DNA from: Callorhinchus milii
Lineage: Eukaryota
NCBI RefSeq assembly: GCF_018977255.1
Contig: NW_024704742.1
Coordinates: forward strand, 127,846,001 to 127,906,000
Length of the DNA: 60,000 bases
Direction: 5' to 3'
Both the position numbers and the translations under genes were made by a program. This document shows, piece by piece, positions 51,671-60,000 of this stretch (within the stretch, counting starts at the first letter, position 1; each line of letters begins with the position of its first letter). The notes below the pieces were generated by a model. It ran no database searches. It saw only the letters and a program-made list of their open reading frames with translations, and was not told the origin of the DNA.

Positions 51671-53414
51671 TAGCTGGAAGTCGATTAAGTGGAGTTTAAG
51701 TTGCTGATAGCATTAAAACAATTTGACTTTATAGCAGTCTTGTGCTGGCATCAGGGCAGTTCTTTGAAGCTGAAAGATGCAAGGCTTTGATAAACACTCT
51801 TAATTTTTGTTTACAAAGATTATCACACACCAGCGCAGAGAGATTATCGCTTTGTATAAATCTCACTCACCCTCTGAGATTACTGCCATTAACTTTCCTT
51901 ATTGAGACACTTTCTGGCAGTGGTAGTAGTACTCCGAGATCGATAGCAAATCGCACCACATGTTGACAAGCTTTATCACTGTGCAAAGGCTGAACATTCG
52001 TACCAGCCACATAATTCACAGCAGTACCAGCAAGTGGACCTGAAACAAAGCTCCTGGATTTCTCTGCTGGTGGCCATTTGTGTATGAAGAGGCACTTCAT
52101 GTAATGAGGGTCTTAAGGTTTTCTCAGAGAATCCTCAACAGATGTCAGCTTGGCTCAGTTGGTAGCACACTAACCTGTGTATCCTAAGGTTATGGGTTAG
52201 AGAGATCTGTTATAGGTTATATAGAGAAGTGAGTTTCTCCTTGTGTCCTGACCAACAATTGGTCATTCACTTCATGGCTGTTTGTGGGTGCATATTGTGT
52301 GCTGAGTTTGTCTGCAAAAACAGTCACTACACATTAGAGTAATTCTTGTAAACTTTTTGAGACATATTGGTGACGTGTTACGTCATGGTATCAAATGCAA
52401 GGAATATTATTATTCAAGTTCAGGCCCCGCATCAACAATTGAGCTCACAGCTCAGGCTGATCTCCAGTGTAGTACTGAAGGATTGGTGCCATCCTAACTA
52501 GTGGTCTCTCTGTATCGCAGCCTGCTAGCCCACGGGATCTAACTTTATGAGGTGGGGGTGTTAAACTTTGCTTGAGGTTGAGGTGGGAGGGTTTGGGGGT
52601 GAGCTGCACCTTTGTTTGTTATTATGGAGGAGTGCTTTTTCATCAGGGCAGCATCCTAGTCAGTCACGTTTACTAAACAGTGACTAATCTCAATGGGTTT
52701 ATTGTTCTCGGGTGAAGGCCTTTTATTTGCATCTTCAAGAGGATCCAAGGTACCTGACAGGCTGAGCAGGATATGGTCATCATGTGTTGGGTAGGGGCAA
52801 CTTTGGGTGGTTTCAAACTGCTATTAGAGAAAAACAGTTCAGTGCTCTTTGTGTTTGTGTGTGTGTGTGTATGTGAAGCAAGCAGTATCTGGAGCACTTC
52901 TCCAAAAGATATGCAGGAACTACAGACTCATTTCAGCCCTAAAGGCATACTGCTCCTTTTACTGGACTGTCCAGGTTGCGGAGTTGACTTGGACAGCGAT
53001 AAATATTTATCAAGAAGTATGTCAATATCCTTTACTTCGTATCATACATAGGTTTCTCTGCATTTTCTCTTCTCACACTTTGCCCAGAAAACAGTCATTG
53101 CACTTTGCAGTATAAACTGTGAAGGACTGTGGGACATCCTGCCAATGTGAAGGGTGTTGTACCGAATGTAAGAATTATTATTATTTATTCTCACACTTCC
53201 ATAGAGAAACAATGCCCCACTTTGGAACCCAAGACACCAAATGCATAACAGGAGCATCTCACTGAAACAGATAAAAAATGTTTTCTCTTCCCTGTATTAA
53301 TAATAATCATAATAATCCTTGCATTTGATGCAACACCTTATGAAAAACACCCTGTGTTTTTGCAGGAGTGTAATTGTAGGCAAGTACAGCAGCCAATTCT
53401 CACACTGTAATTGA

Positions 53415-53555
53415 AATCATAGAATTATACAGCACAGAAGGAGACCATTCGACCCATCGTGTCTGTGCAAGATCTTTGAAAAGAGCTATCCAAATCAATT
53501 CCACTCTGCTCTCTCCCCATAGCCCTGCAAACTTATCCTCCCCAAATAATTTTCT
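53415..53555 (-). mobile_element. CR1 3' end
   Basis: ATCATAGAATTATACAGCACAGAAGGAGACCATTCGACCCATCGTG, reverse of the 10250-10300 terminus. Confidence 0.8.
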
Positions 53556-55680
53556 AATAGGTTTCCCTATTAGAAATGTCAGCCTAGAATACAAGATCAA
53601 TGTGGCAACACGGGGCTTGAACCCACAACATTTTGACTCAGAAGCAAGCTTGCTGTCCAATAAGCCAGGCCTTTGCAACCCTCTTTGAAAAGATTGTAGG
53701 AATGGACTTGGCTAAGAATAGAGGCTTTTTTGTCTAAGCACAAGGAGGATTCTAACATAGAACGAGAAAGAAGGCGTGCCTTTCCATTAATAACCACTGA
53801 AACTATGCATTAAATGCAGGGGAGTAACCAATACTTTTGTGACACATTCTGGGTCTGATGCATGTTGCAGTTAATGTGCTAACAAACATTTGTATTAATT
53901 TGTCATCAAGCTAACCAGTGATTATCCTGGTTAGTTTGCTGCCAACCAACAATTTTACTTCGTGATTTATGACCATGGATTCTGGACTAACGTAATAAAT
54001 TTCTATTCTTGAGTGTGAAAGCCTTGATCTTATTTTAGATTAAAGATTAAATGCTCCTCCGTGTGCTGGTAAATTTTGAGTCAATGGGATTTTCACGACA
54101 AGCGTACGTTATAATTTATAAGGCAACATGTGTTAACTTACTGGTTTTGACAACTCCAAAAGTTTAGCCTTCCTGGCCATGTCCCTAAATAATCCCAGGA
54201 ATTATGGGGTTAAAACTCATCTTCATACATTCTTTGGTCTATCTTTTCTCTCTCTCTTGCTTCCCATTCTTTAGTTTTTTTTCATTCTTCTGAATTTAGA
54301 CTGTTCCTTTACCTCAGTATGGGTCTGGGCAGATGTCCAAATTTCCCTCCCATAGACAAAACAATTCCACCACATCAATACTGCCCTTTTTTACACCCTG
54401 AATGATTGATAATGTCTTCTCAGTTCTCTGCGCTTAGAGCCCTTCTCTATTGGGGATCTATCCTCTGTGGGAAACAAACACTGCAGACACAAGGCACGGC
54501 ACCCCTTTGGTTCTTTTGAAACAGACCCTACTCCAGCCATTCAAAACAGGCCCGACAGGTCCAAAGCAAACAAACAAATGCATACCAACAGTTATTTCTG
54601 TTGGCCCTTCACAGGTTGCAGATCGCCAGCAGGAAAGACAGGATTTAAGCTTGCACTGAACTGATATGTCTCGTCACCTCATTCTCCACTTCCCACAGAA
54701 AAGGGAAGGGAGGAGGGAGGAGGCCTGATTGCATCTGTCAGTTTGCTGACAATAGGCCGTCTTGTAAGCACTTCCAACACTTTCCCAACAGTTCATTCAG
54801 ACACATTAAGAAGTCCTCCATCACACATGATCGGACTCAAAACAGATATTTTGTTGAAAGAAAATGTACACAGATAGGAATGGGCCAAGTCTAATAAAAG
54901 AATCTCACCACAGAAAAACTGATCGGCAACTCCAAAATAGCCATCAAAGCATTGTGCGAGACTTAAAATTGCCACGGTTGAAAAGGAGGGCAGACCCAGA
55001 AAATGCACCGTAATCTGTTGTAATTCATGGTCCGACTACATTTGCTGTACTCCATCCTATTCAAAGAAGGCAGCTGCACAGATAAGCTGCATTGAATCAG
55101 AAAGTACATTACAGGATTCTCAAAGTTTCGTCCTAAAAGTTTAGGCCTTTGGTTTCGTCATTTCGCAACGTAAAACAATTTGATCTTTGGTATCAAGACA
55201 ACACTCATAATTTGAAGATTTTAAGAGGCTAAGATACAAAAGCTTAAATAGAATTATCAGAGGAACACACTTACTTTGAAAGGAGTTGAACAATTCAGTA
55301 ACATGGGAAAAACCTGATTAGTGGAGAGAAGGAGGCTTCAGTCCTGAAATGATGTAATCAAACAAAGGTGTAGTTTAGCAAAACCAGCCACAGACCAGTT
55401 TCATAGCCCATAAAAAGGAAGTAAGTGGCACTTCAATGGTACAATGAGAAAAGCTTTACAACCTCAGCCTCATCAACACAGGGTGTCTGTTTTCATTGTG
55501 AGCCGAATAACAGACCTCTGAAAGGCCATAAAACACATTCATTGTCTTAAGAAAGAGGCATTTACTCCCAACCTAACACAGTCTTCTCATAAGGACTCTT
55601 TTGTTCACATCGCTTTCAGAGAAAAAAATATTCTTCACGTCTGCACACATCTGTCATTTTAAGGAATCTTATCATCATTG

Positions 55681-56036
55681 TTCTGTAGCTCAGTGGTTAG
55701 AGCACTTGCCTGGCATGCGAGAGGACCTGGGTTTGATTCCCAGGCAGGGCGAAACGTTGGACAAGTTTCCTTACTCCACACGCCTCTATTTACCTATCAG
55801 TAAGTAGTCAGTCGATTGGTGGATCACTTTTCTGGGGGTAATAATCCTTTAAAAACAAACAATGATTTATCAATCAATCCACCACTGTGTGTGGGACACT
55901 GCTGTGCGTAAATGGCTGTCGCGCTTTGCCCACAAAATAGTTAATTCATTTTACAGTATATTCTGTGAAGCACTTTGAGACGTCTAGAAGACGTGATAAG
56001 GCGGTATATCAAATGCAAGGATTATCATTATTATTA
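55681..56036 (+). mobile_element. SINE family A, long form
   Basis: Head TGTAGCTCAGTGGTTAGAGC, long internal segment, tail. Confidence 0.93.
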
Positions 56037-56974
56037 GTTGTTCATCCAGAGCAGAAACTCCAATAGCAGAATTCAAAAAAATCCAGAGCTGTATTTATCT
56101 TTCAAAGCACAACACTATGCAGCTTCTATTATCTCTGTGGAACCTAAGTTTCCAGTAAGGAGACAAGTAAAATTTACTATCAGTGTAGGCCTCAAGAGTG
56201 CTCATGTGATCTTCAGCACGTCAAGCTTGTAACCCTCCTCCACCCAGGGATAGCAGTCTCCACTGTGCCATTCAGAGGCTGAATTGATAAATGGGCTAAA
56301 AGTCCTCTAACACAACACTGTTTAACAGCCTCTTATGCAATATCTGTCACACACTGAGAGTCTGGTGCATTACTCTACAGGAAAAGATTAGACCACACCA
56401 AGAGAAAGGCATTTGGAACCATGAAAGGAAACCCCAGGGAAAATGTTCAATGCAAAAAAAAACTCTGAAATGTAGGTTAACATCATTACATGAAAGAATG
56501 ATTATAATACAAAACCAGGGATCTGACATTATCAGATAATTGCTTCCCCCAAAAATGTACTTCCTATTGTGAAGGAACGAACACCCATAAGGTGTTAATT
56601 GATTGACTGTTTGCAGAAACTAAATAATTTCCTTGATCAGACAGGGCAGTGTTGCCTTTACAGTGGTTCATTTTTAAGAAATTATAAAAATACAATTTGC
56701 TTACTGACTGACTTATTTATGAAGCTAACCTATTAAATGGCTGCCAGCATGGCTTCAGAAGAGTCTGACCAACCTCATAGAGGGTTCCGAGGAAGACACA
56801 TCCCAATTTGACAATAATAATCCTTGTAGTTGGTACGTTGGGATGTCCACCTGATGTGAAAGGCGCTATTCAAATGTAATTTTGGTGGTGGTGGTGTTGT
56901 AGTGCCTTTGACATCAGAAGGACATTCCAAAGCCCTTCACAGAATAAAGTTGTAAAGTTTTTGTGGCTCAACTA

Positions 56975-58400
56975 AATAATGGGTAATCTTATGATGTTGT
57001 GCACCTAGACATCTAAGAGGCATTTGACAAAGTTCACGCTTCTTTACAAACTAATGTCACTCGATAGCAAGGATAAGACCTGTACATAGATTAGTACCTG
57101 TGTAATCATAATCATCCTTACATTTGGTATAGTGCCTTATCACGTCGGGGGGATGTCTCAAAGTGCTTCACAGGAATTACTGCGAAGTTAAGTGACTGTG
57201 TATTTGTAGGCTTAAGTGAGAGCACAATTGCACACAACAATGTCCCACAGAAACGAGTGACCAATTTTATTTGAGGGGATATTGGTCAGGACACTGAGAG
57301 AAACTCCCTTCTTTTTTCGAATAGTGCCATGGAATCTTTAACATTACCTAAATAGGCAGACCTTGGTTTAATAATCATCCAAAGGTCGGCACCTTTGTCA
57401 ATGCAACCCTCCACCAGTGTTGCATTGGATTGTCAGTTTAAGACTGTAAGAAACCAGAGGAGCAAGCCAAAATCTTAGTAATAGAACTCACCAAGGTATT
57501 ACCTGGCTAACTAACCACTGGTAAAAGAAGTTCAAATGCAAGATACTGCACCTAAGAAGTACACCCATATTCTCCATGTACACCAGTAATCCTTGTATTC
57601 GATATAGCGCTTTTCACAATGACATTCTCAAAGCATATCACAGGATATACAAATGTATTGACTGTCTATTTTTAGGTAAATAAGGCAGTCAATTTGTGCA
57701 TGAAGCAAACGATCAGCATTATCTGGAGGATTGTTGGCCAGGACACTGGGAGAAACTCCCTTCTCTTTAAGAATAGCGCCGGGGGATCTTCAACGTCCAA
57801 CTGAACAGACACAAACAGGATAAAATTTGCCAATTGTAAAGTCAAAAGAGACTGAGTTTTATCAGTTGATTAATTGCTCATCATGTCAAAGAAGATGGGG
57901 CAGCAGTCAATAAGGTAAATGAGATGTTGATGTCCATTAGCTAGGATGTACTTGGAGAACTGCGCGTATTCTGGTAGCTTAGACTTGATGCAGTTGCCTA
58001 GGCTCCAATGCGGTTGATCCCTGGTGTTAGAGGGACAAGCTATAAGGAATGAATAAATAATCTAGGGCTCTTCAGTCTTGAAATAGGAGTCTCAGAGGCG
58101 ACCTTATAGAAGTATACAGAATGGGACAGATAAACCAAATCCAGAATAATACTTTCAGATATACCAAGGGAGCAGGGCTGGAGGGCACAGAGTTAGAGTT
58201 GTGATTGCAGAGTTTAGGAAGTATTTCTTTTACACAGCAGGTAATTTGAACAAGTTACCAGGAGAATTCGTAGAGGTCAGGAGTTTGGTTGGATTCATTT
58301 TTTTAAGAAACAGCTTGATGCTGTATTGGAATGGGTGGAGAGTGGGTATTCTGGCAAAATGAGATCAAATAGGCCCAAGGCTTTCTTCATCCAAAGCTCT
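56975..58400 (+). mobile_element. Old CR1 RT/ORF2 remnant interrupted by two minus-strand family B SINEs (~57105-57445, ~57587-57810)
   Basis: DVVHLDI*EAFDKV-like piece; later LGLFSLE...LRGDLIEVY. Confidence 0.7.
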
Positions 58401-58597
58401 ATTGAGTTGTTTTCATTCATAAAGTTCATAATTTTTAAAATGAACTAGGACTAAATTGCTGTAAACTCCAGACTATTGACCATAATGGTATCATTGTCAC
58501 TCCAAACAATCGCTGGACTGACACCAAGATCGCTAAATTGCACCGGTGGACAGCATGTAAATTAATCACTACCAGAAAGCGACCTGTAATAACAGTA

Positions 58598-58900
58598 ATA
58601 AATATAATCCTTGTATTTGATCCAGTGCCTTTTCACAAAGTCAAGGCGTCTCAAAGCGCTGCACAGGATACAACGTAAAGTTGAGTGACTGAGTGTATTT
58701 TATGGGCAAATGTGGCAGCCAATTTGCGCATAGTAATGGCCCACAAACAGCCATGAAGTATATGACCCATGTTATTTGGGGGATTGTTGGCCACGACACC
58801 GCAAGATACTTCCTTCTCTTTTTGAATAGTGCCATGTGATCTTTAACACTCGCCTGGCAGGCAGACGAGACCTCGATTTAACGTCTCATCCGAAGGACAA
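58598..58900 (-). mobile_element. SINE family B, 5'-truncated
   Basis: Tail, Deu core and TTTAACGTCTCATCCGAAGGAC. Confidence 0.82.
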
Positions 58901-59654
58901 TTATTGACCATCTCTTCAGAATACCCTTGATTTGTGATAATCATGAGCTTGAGCTTTCTTTGGACCAGACACACAATCAAATAAATCATCAAAAGGTGCT
59001 GGAGGTAATGCAATATGCTTGAGGGAAAGCAAAAAGGAAAGGAAGTGAATGCCCAATTGTATTGGGAGGATTGCTAGCTAGAAGACTGAGAAAAAATCCC
59101 TTCTCTTTTTGTGCCTGCGAGCGATCTTTAACATCCATGTTTAACAGTACAGCGAGGACTGCAGTTTAACATCCTATAAAATAACAGCACCTCCAACAGT
59201 GCAGTGCTCCCCCAGCACTGCATTGAAGCAACAGCCTAGACTAGACTGGACTGCACTAGCTGTATTTTTTTGTTACAATGAGTTGCTTTATTATTTGAGA
59301 GATTGAATCACTTCACAGTGTACGGTGTATGTTTTACTACTCACTGTTATCACCAAGTCTGTATTTTCCATTTAACATATCTTAAATTACTTTATATACA
59401 GAGTGTAATACTCTTGTGTAGTTACAGATTATCTTGAATGTGTGCCAGTGTTTACTTACTTTATTCCTAGATATTCCTTACTGTCTTCTCCTTACATTAT
59501 GGAACATTCCTTTATAACCATTGTATACAACATCAATAAAAAATGCTTGCCTGTTTGTGGTTTGTGTTCACCAATTGGCAATGTTCAGCAAGCAGTCATT
59601 TGTTTGACCTGGGACCACACAGTTGCAAAATAATGTAATTGTATCAGAAGTTTG

Positions 59655-59830
59655 ACAGTGCCAAATAATATTTTGGGGGCCAGCTGGGTGTCTGATACAT
59701 GCCGAAACCCATCATCATGATTAAGAGTATCCAAGTCAGACTGAGAATTCCATGCACCCCACCTACACATGAAAATGACTGACTCTGAAATGAAATGCAC
59801 TCTCTCCATGGAGGGATGCATTCTGCTTAC
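59655..59830 (-). repeat. Unclassified interspersed repeat, copy 2
   Basis: Reverse complement aligns to 6935-7105. Confidence 0.75.
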
Positions 59831-60000
59831 CAGAGCATATTAAGCGCAGGTTTGCAAGAGCCAAGGCTTGGGACCGCAAAGTGTGTGTTGGGGTACTACT
59901 GAAGTTTTACTAACTAAACCATTAGCTTCCCATTGTTTGTCCAGCTAGGACTAGCATAAGTGTAGGGCGCTCTCAAAGGTGCTTCACAAAGCTGATTGAG

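Noticed and set aside
54313..54353. Minus-strand micro-exon MGGKFGHLPRPIL ending AG/GTAAAG
   Set aside because: Could arise by chance; phase differs from the other candidates and no homology is recognised.

Overview
Eukaryotic, vertebrate genomic DNA. It is most consistent with a cartilaginous fish, possibly a chimaera; this is inferred from the repeat complement (DeuSINE/SacSINE1-like SINEs, L2 and CR1 LINEs, a Penelope-type terminus), not from a database match. The window looks intronic or intergenic: I cannot support any complete host protein-coding gene, and nearly all ORF-track entries are noise or TE-derived. It contains about 10 long copies of a young tRNA-Ala-headed SINE with an L2-type tail, many older SacSINE1-like SINEs, 5'-truncated L2 and CR1 fragments, hAT-type MITEs, a probable decayed DIRS element and several palindromes and duplications. 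Repeat-poor islands (notably 34.2-36.8 kb) have promoter motifs and candidate minus-strand first exons of an unidentified gene. The most notable items are a 102-bp TSD-flanked insertion with a minimal hammerhead-ribozyme core, SINE tails whose stem-loop matches the young L2 tail, and an unclassified repeat present twice. Boundaries of old repeats are approximate.
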